From the IMG/VR virus record IMGVR_UViG_3300044699_000169: DNA of 64,000 nucleotides. One strand, written 5' to 3'. Shown here piece by piece: positions 31,594 to 42,800 of this stretch. Position 1 is the first letter of the stretch, and each line of letters opens with the position of its first letter. The position numbers and the translations under genes were made by a program. The DNA is from an uncultured virus (IMG/VR IMGVR_UViG_3300044699_000169) (taxonomy: Duplodnaviria; Heunggongvirae; Uroviricota; Caudoviricetes). The notes beneath the pieces were generated by a model. The model saw nothing but the letters and a program-made list of their open reading frames with translations, was not told the origin of the DNA and made no database searches.

Positions 31594-32088
31594 ATGGATC
31601 TGAACGCGCGCGCCCATCTCCCAGCAGTCCGATTTTCTTCCCGCGCCTACATGGGTTGCGGAGGATGGGATCTGGCGCGCGCGCCGGAAGTCGCCATCTC
31701 CTCTGTCCGGAAGGACGAAGAGATGATCCCCACGCGGGCGAGCCGCTCCGCCACGCGGCCGCGGCGTTCGATCGGATGCGGGCCCGTTCACATTCCCGAC
31801 GAGGAGGAGAGCGAGGACCAGGGCCCGATCGTGACCCTCCAGCCCGGCCTCTCCGGGACGCCGAGAGTCCGCATGGGCTGCGGCGATGAACTCTGCGAGG
31901 AGTGCGAGGCCAAGCAGCGGGCGGGCATCGGATGCACGAAGTGCAAGCGGATCCGGAAGCGCGCCATGCAGCAGGAGCTCGAGGGGTCGAGCAGCATGGG
32001 GCAGACGGCTCCTTCCGGCTTTGACCTCTACGCCACCGTCACGGGTGGCCTTGTCGTGGTCGGGCTCTTCTATCTCGTCACCCGCTGA
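31594..32088 (+). CDS. Membrane-anchored protein built from repeated (M/I/L)-x(0,1)-G segments
   Basis: AYMG/C, RSIG/C, GLSG/T, VRMG/C, AGIG/C, ELEG/S, SMG/Q, then a C-terminal TM helix. Confidence 0.65.
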   Translation: MDLNARAHLPAVRFSSRAYMGCGGWDLARAPEVAISSVRKDEEMIPTRASRSATRPRRSIGCGPVHIPDEEESEDQGPIVTLQPGLSGTPRVRMGCGDELCEECEAKQRAGIGCTKCKRIRKRAMQQELEGSSSMGQTAPSGFDLYATVTGGLVVVGLFYLVTR

Positions 32089-32100
32089 AAGGAGTTTCCG

Positions 32101-32346
32101 ATGCCCAACGTGTTCCAGCGCGGCTTCGAAGCGTTCGGAAAGCCGATCCCGCTGCACGGCAACGTCCCGGTGACGAGGCCTCAGCCGCACCTTGCGGCTC
32201 CTCCTCCCCCGCCGCCGCCCCCCGCGCCGGCACCTCAGCAGCAGAATTTCATGCCGCCTCAGCGGCAGAACGTGCCGCCGGGCCGGATTCAGGTCTACAA
32301 GAAGGGGGATCCGGGCGCTCCGCCCTGCCCGGTCTGCAGAGGGTAG
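32101..32346 (+). CDS. Pro-rich small protein ending CPVCRG
   Basis: AAGGAG SD; polyproline tract. Confidence 0.6.
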   Translation: MPNVFQRGFEAFGKPIPLHGNVPVTRPQPHLAAPPPPPPPPAPAPQQQNFMPPQRQNVPPGRIQVYKKGDPGAPPCPVCRG

Positions 32347-32349
32347 TCC

Positions 32350-32945
32350 GTGCTTCAGCTCGGCACCGTCGAAGGATGGGTCGTCACCCATGACGGGGAG
32401 ACGCTCAAGAGCGGCTTCAAGAACGACTTCGAGGCCGTCGAGTGGATGCACAAGCGTCACTCCTACAGCATCGACCACGCGGTCAGGCACGAGGGCTACG
32501 ACATTGTCCTCGTCAAAGACGGCAAGGTGGTCTACTCCTACAAGCAGGAAGCGAAGAAGCGTCACGGCTTGGGCGCGAAGGTAAAAGCCTGCGAAGCATC
32601 CGATGCCGATCTGGCCGGAGTTCGTGGACGCGTACCTCGAGGCCGCGCTCTGGACGAACCAGCTGGAGAAGACCTACGGCATCCAGGACTTCGCTCAGAC
32701 CGCTGTCGACCAGGCGGTCAAGGATTCGAACGACTTTATCCTCTCGAATCGGAAAGACCTCGATGAGGCGAGTTCCGACCGGAGCCGCCACGGTCATGAT
32801 TTCTGGCTGACTCAGGAACCGCCATGGGGCTGGATTCTGGGACCGAGGCTACGGCGTGTTCGGCGATATGCTGACCGACGCGGCTCACGCCTACGGTGAA
32901 GTCTCCGTTTACGTAGGTGACGACGAGAAGGTCTATTTTGGGTAG
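32350..32945 (+). CDS. Two-domain phage-type protein, frameshifted
   Basis: MLQLG-domain 1-KKRHGLG-domain 2 (AYLEAALWT...HGHDFWLT.NRHGAGFWDRGYG...YVGDD.KVY). Confidence 0.6.
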
Positions 32946-32955
32946 GATATACGGC

Positions 32956-33207
32956 ATGGCCAGGATGACGGGTCCCGTGATGGGCCTCGACACGAAGGAA
33001 GAGCGCAAGCAGGCCTACTCCTTCGCTTACCGCGCCTATCAAAAAGCGCTCCGCGTTCGGTCGCTTCCGGAGTACAATTACGCGCTCGGGTACATCGAGG
33101 CGATCGGCGATCTCCTCGTCGCCGAAGCGCCGGACGACAAGGAATTGCTCGGCCTGATCGGCGATATGCAGGCGGACCTTCTCAGTAAGACTGGGACCAG
33201 CCCTTAA
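32956..33207 (+). CDS. Small helical protein with MARMTGPVMG leader
   Basis: Tiling. Confidence 0.55.
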   Translation: MARMTGPVMGLDTKEERKQAYSFAYRAYQKALRVRSLPEYNYALGYIEAIGDLLVAEAPDDKELLGLIGDMQADLLSKTGTSP

Positions 33208-33221
33208 GAACGGAGACGGCC

Positions 33222-33933
33222 ATGAGATCTCAATTCAAGAGCACCTTTCAGCCGGCCCTGGGCGGTCATCACCAGGTCAGGCTCGCCGTCCCAGTAGGTC
33301 GGCCGCAACTCTTCTCGAAATTCCAGGCGCATGACCTCTCTGGTCGCTCATCGGCTCGCCGAGTCGTTCTGGGGCGACGGTCCTTGCCGACGAGCGCAAC
33401 GCCATTCTCAGCAAGATCAAGAATGGCACCGCTCCGCATGGCCCAGGTCCGCAAGTGGATCGCCTCGCGCATCGACGCCGACCCCATGCTGCTCCGGACC
33501 TTCGGGCAGCAGTATATCTCCGACAACTTCTGGGGCTACGACGATATCGTCGTCAAGGACCAGTACTACGTCGACAAGGCGCAGGGCGATCTCAGCGAAG
33601 GCCGGGGAACCTATGTCGACGAGGATGTCCAGGGCTGGGAGATCGACGACGAGACTCTCGGTCGCGTGGACGAGTGGGCGCTCGCGATCGACAACATGTA
33701 CCAGGGCATGCAGGAATTCGGGAAGACGGCGCTCACCACGACGGGCGGCCAGACCATTCCCAACAGCACCGCTCCCACCACCACCTGTTCCTCCCTCGTC
33801 CGGCGGAAAGCATCCGGTGACGGGCCCGACGGCGTCGCCGCCGTCGCAGGGGATTCCGACCAAGGATCTCCTGACCTACGGCGGAATCGGCTTGGGCACC
33901 ATCGTTCTCGCCCTTCTTCTCAAGAACGCGTAG
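33222..33933 (+). CDS. Protein with Arg-rich leader and C-terminal membrane anchor; frameshifted
   Basis: QPALG, HDLSG, RRVVLG leader motifs; ends LLTYGGIGLGTIVLALLLKNA*. Confidence 0.55.
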
Positions 33934-33944
33934 TCGAGGAAGTC

Positions 33945-34475
33945 ATGAACCGCAGAGAATTCCTGAAGTTCCTGGGCGGCGCAGCCGCAGCGGCCGCCGT
34001 CGCGCCGAAGGCCCTGGCCGAGGAGAATCGACAGGCCGATCGGGATCCAGGGACCCTGCGGCGCCCCTGGCCCGTATCGGCGTTCCGGGCAACTTCATCG
34101 TCCTCGAGCCTGGGATGAGCATCCAGGAGGCGATCTCCGCTCTTCCTGAGAATGGCGGCACGGTCTACATCCAGGGGGGAACGTACATCGTCGACGAAGT
34201 GATCATCATTCCCGATGGAGTCACCCTCGTGGCGCAAGGGCAACCTGACGATCTCGGGATGCCAGATCAGCGGCGAAGCGCGCAAGCGCGGCGACGCCCC
34301 GATCTGGATGCTGATGGAGGAGGACGACCAGATCGCGATCATCGGGAACAGATTCGACTGCGAGCCGGGACAGTCCATGTCCTCCTGGTTCTACGCGCCC
34401 ATCGGCGAGGAGCTGAAGCGCGTCAAGGAATCGGTCTTCCAACTCTTGCTCAGGTTCAAGAAGCTCGTCGTTTAA
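33945..34475 (+). CDS. Tat-signal-like protein with a pectate-lyase-type beta-helix start; frameshifted
   Basis: MNRREFLKFLGGAAAAAAVAPKALA; SIQEAISALPENGGTVYIQGGTY. Confidence 0.5.
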
Positions 34476-34504
34476 CAACGCGAGCCTGCAGGGGACCCAT
34501 TTCC

Positions 34505-35242
34505 ATGGGCTTGCCGCGGCGAAAAAAGCCGATCCGGCAGATTGCCGTCATCCGGTTCCTGGACCTTCCTCCCGGAGATCCAGACGGATTTTGCAGTCTG
34601 CCTGAAGGCTCGCCTGGAGCGGATCTTCAATCTCCCTGAAGGGAAGGGGATCTTCACGGACGATGTCCGGGATTTCCTCACGAACCTCAACCCAGAAATT
34701 CCGCTTCTCATGGTCGAAACGTGGCTGCTCGTCCAGGCCGAGCGGGAGACCTACGAAGACACCGTGCTCGAGTACATGGCCGTCTGGGAATCCGGAGAGG
34801 CTCAGTTCCCGCCGGTCGTGATCGACTCGGAGAGCGAAGAGGTTCTCTGCGAGGGAGGCCATCGTTCCTTCTCGCGTTCCACGCGAACATCAAGGAGATT
34901 GAGGCGGTGGACGTGGCGTCGATCGACGCGGCGTCCATCATGAAGGAACTTCCAACGGCCTATCAGGTCTCCCTCACCTCGGAGGCGGATCGCCAGTACA
35001 AGGAGCTCAACAAGGGGATCCGGGAGAGGGTTGACGAGCTCCTGGACCGGCTTCGGGAATGGCCAGAGGTGAGCGGCATCGTCGCCCTCTGGGGTACCGC
35101 CAAGGGACACTTCCGGATCAAGACTGGAGACTGGCGGGTGGTCTTCCACGTCGATGAGGGCACGAAAACGGTCTGGGTCGACACGATCTCACATCGGAAA
35201 GACGCCTACGATCGGTTCCATACCCAGACCCGGAAGGGCTAG
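34505..35242 (+). CDS. ParB/Srx-like domain fused to a RelE/ParE-like domain; frameshifted
   Basis: FPPVVID...LCEGGHRSF; then YQVSLTSEADRQYKEL...LWGTAKGHFRIKTGDWRVVFHVDE...ISHRKDAY. Confidence 0.65.
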
Positions 35243-35631
35243 ATTTTGCAGGCCGAGCTGCCCTTGACGAAAAGATCGCGAACCGGCGGCTTCATCGCGG
35301 AGATTCTGGAGATGATGGTCGATCGGTCCTTCTCTGGGATCGCTTTTCCGGATTTCAGCTTGTCGACGAGAGCGTCGGTGCCCTTGGCGATCTCTCCGGC
35401 GTGACGCTTCGTTGCCGGCAGGATGCTCGACAGCTTCCGGGCGTCGTGGTTGGCCATGACCAGGTCGTTGTTGGCTGAAGTGGCATCGCCGCGGTTGATA
35501 TGGCGAGTTGCGGAGTTAGGTGGCACTCGATCGCGGTGATCAGGCGAGCATACTGGAAGCAGGGGATCGACGTCCTTCAAGTCCCAGCCGTTTTCGATTC
35601 CCTTGCGAGCCGCCTTCTTCCTTACCATCAT
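35239..35631 (-). CDS. Hypothetical protein
   Basis: ORF convergent with the RelE-like gene. Confidence 0.5.
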   Translation of the reverse strand: MMVRKKAARKGIENGWDLKDVDPLLPVCSPDHRDRVPPNSATRHINRGDATSANNDLVMANHDARKLSSILPATKRHAGEIAKGTDALVDKLKSGKAIPEKDRSTIISRISAMKPPVRDLFVKGSSACKI

Positions 35632-35643
35632 GGAAATTGTACC

Positions 35644-35671
35644 TTGAAGGGCCCGTCAGGTGGAGTATCAT
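35644..35671 (+). promoter_or_regulatory. Leaderless-type sigma70 promoter
   Basis: TTGAAG-16 bp-TATCAT-6 nt-ATG. Confidence 0.5.
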
Positions 35672-35677
35672 TAGCCC

Positions 35678-36004
35678 ATGCCCAAGCCGAAGGAAGTCGA
35701 AGAGCTCGTCCAGGTTTTCGAGCAGATGTACAAGTACTACCACGGCTGGCACTTCGCCTACGAGCATCCCGGATTCTTCGTCTATCCACCAGATGGGCGG
35801 GGACCTCAGCGTCTTCTTCACCCCGACTGGAACGAGCGTGGAAAGGTTTCGATCCAGATCCAGGACAACCAGGGGGAAGTGATTCGCTCGGAGGAAGTCC
35901 CCTATTCTCCGCCGGCCCGGAACGGAGTCCCTTACGAGATGGCCGAGGCCTACACGCTCTTCCGGATCGTTCGTCCCTATCTCGACGCAAACAAGGACTG
36001 GTAA
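35678..36004 (+). CDS. Hypothetical protein with an internal frameshifted stretch
   Basis: Directly follows the promoter. Confidence 0.5.
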   Translation: MPKPKEVEELVQVFEQMYKYYHGWHFAYEHPGFFVYPPDGRGPQRLLHPDWNERGKVSIQIQDNQGEVIRSEEVPYSPPARNGVPYEMAEAYTLFRIVRPYLDANKDW

Positions 36005-36221
36005 TGCTGCTGTGCTGACCGTCGTCATCTCCAGGTTCCCGAGGTCGTGGATCACGCCACGATCTCGAGGGACCCCTGAAGAAAGGCTGGGAACGCTTCC
36101 GCAAGGAAACGAAGTATCCGCATCTGCGGAGTGAAGGTCTCACTCCGCGTAGAGCGGACCGGCGCCTTCGACGACGTCTTGGGATGGAGAAGTCCGAGAC
36201 AGGGAAGATGACCCGAAACCG

Positions 36222-36249
36222 TTGACAGGCACTGTATACGCGGTATACT
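36222..36249 (+). promoter_or_regulatory. GTATAC-type promoter/operator, copy 2
   Basis: TTGACA-ggcactGTATACgcgg-TATACT; ATG 7 nt downstream. Confidence 0.8.
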
Positions 36250-36354
36250 CGCTGGTATGCAGGATCCGGCCGTCATCGAATCCATAGCCCGTGGCCCGGA
36301 CCGAAGGTAAATCGGTCGGGTTCATTCCCTCAAGCATCGGGTTCGAGGCGTGAT

Positions 36355-39302
36355 ATGAGCCGCTGGGGATCGGTGAACGATTCGATCAGGAGGCAGCAGC
36401 AGTCGGACGGATGCGGTCGCCTCATGATCATCCTGGTCGTGGTTGTCGCCTTCGTTCTCCTAGCCATCGGCGCATGGAAATTCGGATCAAAGCCGCGCTG
36501 CTGGGCCTGCAACCATTTCCGTCACGAGAATCGGATGTGCGGGTGGTCGACCGGCGGTCTAGGAACATGCATCTGCGAAAAGGATAAGTAGAGCATGGAT
36601 ATTCCCAAGGGTAAGGGCTACCCCGAAGGCGCCGGCCAGTGTCACGATTGCGGCGGCCACGGCTGCGCGACGTGCGACGGAAAGGGTTGGCTTCCGAAGG
36701 GTCATCCCAAGATTCGAAAGTGTCATCGGGACGAGTGCGGCAATCCACTGGCGCCGGACTGGGTTCCCGTTTACTGCAGCGGCCAGTGCGCGATGATGGA
36801 CGCCTGAGACGGGACGTTTCAGATAAGGGGCTTCTGATGACCAAGACGTTCGAGTTCCCTCCTTACGCCGCGATTCATGCCGGGAATGGCGACTACGCGC
36901 TCTCGCTCAAAGGTCTTCATCCCATGATCCAGAAGACCATGATCGACACCGGCGGCGACCCCCGCGGGAAGGTGGATCCGGAGACCGTCCTCAGGCTGAC
37001 GACGGAGTGCCAGATCTCCGAAGCGATTCTGTCCTCACGCCCTACTTCAGGGTCATCTCCGGGCCGCCGTCCCATTCCGAACGGCCTGGCGACCGCACGG
37101 CTTCTCGCTGGTCGTGGACAATGAGATCTACATCTGGACGGATCGCTCAAGAACCATCTCACGGATCTTGAGGGGAATCTTCTCGATACCGCGAAGCTCG
37201 ACTTTTCGAAGCCGAAGAAGGGCTCCCTCACGGCCAACATGATCGCTAACAAGGGGGTCGTCCCGGCGAGCACGTTCGGGTACTTCCTGGCGAAAGGAGA
37301 CCCCCGTCTCGGTCGAAGTTCGCGGAGTCGCCGGCGGGTACGGGAAAGTTCGAGCTCGAGGACAGGGTTCGTGGCAGGCGCTTTACACGTCCCAAGGTCA
37401 ACGGGACGAAGTCATGAATCTATGCGGAGCCCTGCAAGAAGGAGCTCGGGACGCCCGAGATCGACGACTTCTTTGAAGCGGTCAAGAAGGAAGCGGCCTA
37501 CCAGCGGGAGCGATGGGGCGCGGATCCACGACGGCGGAAAGAGCGATGCCGACTGGTTCTGGCTGATCGGCTATCTCGCCGGGAAAGCTCTTCACAATCC
37601 TGGCGGGAATCGACAGAAGAAGCTTCACCGGATCATCACCGTCGCCGCGGCCGCCTGCAACTGGTGGGCGGCGGTCAAGGGAAAAACGCCGTCCAAGATG
37701 CGGCCTGGGATGGATCCGGCCAAGATGAAAGTGTAGGGGTACGTATATGAAGGTCGAGCTGCCCTGCTCTTGCGGAAAAAAGGACTGCCCGAACCGGATC
37801 CGGATCGAGCAGAACGATCACAATGTTTTTGTCGACCATGAAGTAGGCGGAAAAGGTCTGCTAATCTACTCGTCGGCGAGCCGTCTCCGGCGCTTTGCCA
37901 AGGACATTCTTCGGATTTTCCCAAATGACGTTCCGGGGAGATCCCGCGCCTGAAGCATTTTGATCTTGGGAGTCGAACAGAGATTTTATGGCGAAGAAGA
38001 CCTGCGAGCACTGCGGCGCTTCGATGGTTGAATATAAGCATGGCCTGTCCGTGGGTCTCGTGACAGGGCTCATCAAGATCGCCAAGGTCAAGAATCCCAT
38101 CAACATAAAGCAGCTTGGGCTTACCCGGAATCAGTGGGACAACTTCCAGAAGCTGAAGTATTGGGATCTGGTGGATCCAGGCAAACGGCGGGAAGTTGAA
38201 GGGCGGTGTTTGGGCGATCACCAAGAAGGGTCTAGATTTCGTCAAGGGAGAGATCTCGATACCCAAGAGCGTCTGGACGTACCGAGGAGCGTTCTTGAAG
38301 TACGAGGGCGATGAAATCCGCATCCACAACATCGTGGATGGATACAAATTCCAAGACGACTATTACAACGAATCGAAGCCTCGTCCTGACCCTGATTTTT
38401 GAAATCGAGAAAATGTTCTGGATCTGCATGGGCATCGTCGCGATCATCATCGCGATCGAGCATCTGTTGCGCTGGCGGGATCGGAAGCTGGCTCGCGCGC
38501 GCACGATGAGATGGCTTGCCTTTCAGATCAACCAGGAGAAAAAGAGCATCCTATGAAAAGCTTTAGGAAAAGTGTCGGAGGTGCCTTTGGGCGAGTCCGG
38601 ATCCTGAAAAAGATCTGGAAGCAGCGGGTCAGGCACCTGGCGTACAAGCCGATCTTCTGCTGGGCCCTGTAACCGGGAGAGATCGGCGTGGTAGAGTCGA
38701 AGCCTGAGCCGAAGCTTATCAGCTGCCCCGACTGCGGGGAGCCGTTCTGCGTGACTCACCAGATGCATTATGGCGAGTGTCCGTGTCCCAGCCAGCATGA
38801 GGGGGACGATGAGCCGCAGGGTTAGTCGCGGGCCGCTCCGGGAAGTTGTCCACATCAAGTCCCACGATACGAAGCGAGGAGGGATCCGCTGGACGCTGGA
38901 CTTGGAGTGCGGTCACATGGCGACGAGGTACGCGAGTAACCAGCAGTGGAAAGGCATCAAGCCGCCCGCGTTCGCGCCGAAGAAGTGCCGCTGCATCGTC
39001 TGCGGGTTCTCGAGGGAGATCGCATGAAATACGAAGATCTCAAAGACGCGATCGACGGCCTGCATGCCTACGACACGGGCTGCATCGACAGCGGGATCAA
39101 GGACGAGCTCCTGCGGGAGCGGGTGAAGAAGCACTTCAGTCCCTTGCCGGCGCTCGAGCATCGCCTCCTCGTCTCGAGGCTCGTCATCGACATGTGCCTC
39201 TCCGAGGAAATGGTAAAGGCGGGCTACGGCCCGGAGGACGCCAAGAATTTCCTCGTCTGGCTCGACGAAGAGATGAACTGCCTGCTGTCGCATAACCCTT
39301 GA
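36355..39302 (+). other. Run of small hypothetical and zinc-finger genes
   Basis: Tiled short ORFs (36355, 36595, 37747, 37988, 38807, ~39025). Confidence 0.5.
37414..37736 (+). CDS. MazG-like helical phage protein, frameshifted
   Basis: EAVKKEAAYQRERWG..HDGGKSDADWFWLIGYLAGKA...LHRIITVAAA. Confidence 0.45.
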
Positions 39303-39326
39303 CCCGTTCCGTATACGCGGTATACT
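39299..39326 (+). promoter_or_regulatory. GTATAC-type promoter/operator, copy 3
   Basis: TTGACC-cgttccGTATACgcgg-TATACT-7 nt-ATG 39334. Confidence 0.8.
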
Positions 39327-39333
39327 CAGGTTC

Positions 39334-39567
39334 ATGGCGAAGGCCAAATCTGGAGAGACCAAGGACCGCGTCTTCACGATCCCCGCCGACAAGGCCAAGG
39401 GGGTCGACCGCTGGCTCAAAACCCACCCTTGCAGCCTTCGCGGGAAGCCCGAGAAAACGGCGATCGGCGGAAGGATCACCTACAGTTTCACCGACACGTC
39501 GATCGGCCAGATGCAGCATGTCAAATGCGCCTGCGGCCAGTCGTTCTGGGTGGAATACGACTTCTGA
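39334..39567 (+). CDS. Small phage-type protein (leaderless)
   Basis: TAIGGRITYSFTDTSIG...VKCACG. Confidence 0.6.
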   Translation: MAKAKSGETKDRVFTIPADKAKGVDRWLKTHPCSLRGKPEKTAIGGRITYSFTDTSIGQMQHVKCACGQSFWVEYDF

Positions 39568-39814
39568 GGTCTTGAAGGTATGAAGATTCCCATTCCCGAA
39601 AAACCTCTGGAGCCGTGTCGCCGCGATCCTGAGGCGTTCAAGCTGGATGCGATTCTCCCTCTCATTTTCCAGGGGGCAGTGGGGAGCGGTCTTCTTCCAT
39701 GAAAATGGGCGGCTCTACGGAAGCTTTTCAAGCATCGAGGTCCAGGTTGCAGTCTCCGAGGCCGTCGCTGAGGCCGAGCGGAAGACGGCCCACCTTATCG
39801 AAGGCAAGGTTTGA

Positions 39815-42800
39815 ATGGCTGAGAAAGAAACGCTCCCGAACGAAGAAGCCGCCGAGTTCCGGACCAACATCGAAGGCTGGGTCTGCAAGACCTGTCGGCG
39901 CTTCTACGGAAACGAGCCCGGCGCCGAGCGCACGGCCCGCTACTGCTGCGAGAAGGATCACAAGTGCGGAACTGAAGGTTGCGGGAACCGGGCGAAGAAG
40001 CACTGGATCTACTGCGACTCCTGCATGGAGAAGCGGGACCTCGAAAAGTACCTCAAGCTCGAGGCGGTCGAGTGGGACGGCGACACGCCGCTCGTCGACG
40101 ACGATCATTTCTTCTTCAGCGCCGACGACCTCTCGGAGCATCTTGCCCAGGAAGGTCTCAAGCTCGAGGACATGCGTCTGGTGATTCGGTGTCGAGGATC
40201 CGCCCAGGCGCTTCGATCTCTCGGACTTCCTGGACGATCACCTTCCCGACGGCCTTGAGCCCGACGACCATACGAAGCTCGACGCCTACGTCAACCGCTG
40301 GATCGAGAAGCACGTCCCAAGGTTCTGGACGACGGGGAAGACGCGCCCGTCGATAGAGTCTCTCAGGAAGTACGTGACCGAGCCCGAGGAAAGCAAGGAC
40401 GAAGCATGAGTGAAGAAGACAAGCCCGCAGTCGGTGACTCTGAAGACGTACCTCTTCCTCGAAGAGATCTTCCGGGCCGGCCGGCGACTGTTCCCCGGAG
40501 GAGGCCGAGGCCAGAGGCTCTCATGGACGTTGTCTTTCCGAAGCTTTCCGCCGACGAGCAGAACTGGCTCGACTCGAGAGAAGATCCGCCAGGGATCAAG
40601 GAGCTCGAGGCGGCCGCGCTCTCGCACGGCATCCAGGAGGGCGCCCAGATGTCGCGCTTCCTGCTGTGGGTCGGGAACGAATGCTTCGAAGGTCGCGGAG
40701 GTTCAGAACTTCGCGGTACTCACGGGCCAGGGCCAAAGAACTCGTCCAGATGTTCCTTGTCGACGATGGTCATCCCACGAAGCAGAAAAGCATCCGCCTT
40801 GGGACGTCTCTTTCGGTCGCGGTGACGGGTGACGTCAAGTGTGGAAGGTGCGGCAATGTCACGACCGGATCTGGGTCGTGCTCGCGTTGTAACCGCGCTC
40901 CCGCATAGGTAGATTTCGATGAGCCGATCTGATTGTGCGAACTGCGACTCGATCAGCCTGCAGCGAGTGACGACCTGGGGCCTCTCCTCGAATGTCGAGT
41001 TCGTGAAGAAGGTTCCAGGGGAAGAAGCCCTACCTCGTTCGCTGCAAGGAATGTCGTCCGGGAATGGAAGACGGCCGCGGAGTATGCTCGAAAGCTTTCC
41101 GGGGACGCCTACCAGACGAATATACCGAGGGCCTGATGCCGGAAACTGAAGCCAAGGTCTGGGGATCAGAGTTCCGCCGTCGCTCCGATGCGACTCTCGA
41201 GGCTCCCGAGCTGGTGCGCGCGGTTCAGTACAGGGTCGGAGATTCGTTCCAGGGGAAGTACGATTTTCTCAAGTTCTGCGGTCAGGGCCTCAGCATCACG
41301 ATCTTTTCTGATGCCGTGATCGCCAAGACCGACCAGGGAGATGTCAAGATCGTGGACGGCAATTGGATCCTGAGGGAAGGAAACAACTGGTACTTCTCGG
41401 AGACCCCATCTTTCAGAAGACCTACGAAAAAGTCGCATGAAGAAGCTGGCGCGTCTGGCGTGGATCGAGCGGACCTTTCGGGAAGGAGTTCATTCTTCCC
41501 TATCGGGCCTGCCTTACTCGCTCCGAAGTCTTCGAGAGCGATCGTCGGATTCGAGCTCGTGAAGAAGACCTGGGGGATCCGGACGGACTTCCCAACGGCG
41601 CTTCCCAGGGCTTCAATCTGCCCTTCATCCATCACGGCACTCCCCAGAAGGCTCAGGAGCTCTGGGACCAGTACGGGAACAAGCTCATCTACATCGTGGT
41701 CGAAAACGTCCTCCGCAGGAGATATCTCGGCGGTCGCGGTGAGGATCGACGCCGAGCACCTCTACATCGAGTGGAACGACAAGGAGCCTGAGATCAGCCA
41801 GCGGGACATGTACAAGCGCCTGGAAACCTGAGGCGGATCGCGGTGGGTCCAAATAACTCTGGTCTTTCCGTGGCCCGGCGGGGATCCCGTCCGCTCGGTC
41901 CGGCCGGAATATGTCCGGGACCTAAAGTTTGACCAGATCTACGACGTCATGATTCACGACCCGGATATCAAGGAAACGACCTTCACGCTGAGAGAGGACG
42001 GAAAGCTGGTGGTATGGTGACAAATCTATCGCTTCGCGAACTCGACTGGGCGGTCTCCGAGTATGTCTTGGGACAGTTCTATGGCGGGGGTTCAGCGCCT
42101 CCAACGTACTCCAAGGAGATCTCGCTCGCGTGGTCCCTTCTCGAGAAGTTCAAGCGCTTCGCCCCAGTGGTGTTCAAGTCCGGGGTGACGATGCTTGGGC
42201 AGAATCAGAAGGCGGTGGGCGGAGAATGGGGATGTCGCCTCGACTGCACCGCCGACAAGAAGGAGAAATACATCTTCGGCTACGGGGAAACCGCAGCCGA
42301 GGCGATCTGCAGGGCCGTGCTTGATTGCGCCAATTGCGGAGATTCGCCCCCATAGCTTGGGGGGATTTTTGAATTAGTGGAGGCGGTATGGAAATCAAGA
42401 TCGACGTCAAGCCCGAGGACATCACCAAGATGGTGTCTGAGGCGGTCCTGAAGAGTTCGATCGGGGACCGAGATCAACAGGGTGATCACGGAGGCGGTCG
42501 CCAAGCTGGGCAACTGGGATAGCCCGATGAAGAAGGCGATCGAGGAAGTCGTCCACAAGGAGATCATCAACATCGTCACCAAGGAGCACGGAGAAAAGAT
42601 CCGCGCGGCGGTGAAGGCTATGATTACCGATCAGCTGGTCGAGGAAGTGTCCAAGGCCGCCTGGGACTCCTTCTTCGAGAAGATCGACAAGAGGACGCTG
42701 ATCGCCATGACAACTGCAGAATTCCAAGAGCTTCTTGGCGCTGGAATGACCTTCAGTAGTTACGAGGATTATTCCACGGCCAAGGAGGCGGCGACCCGCG

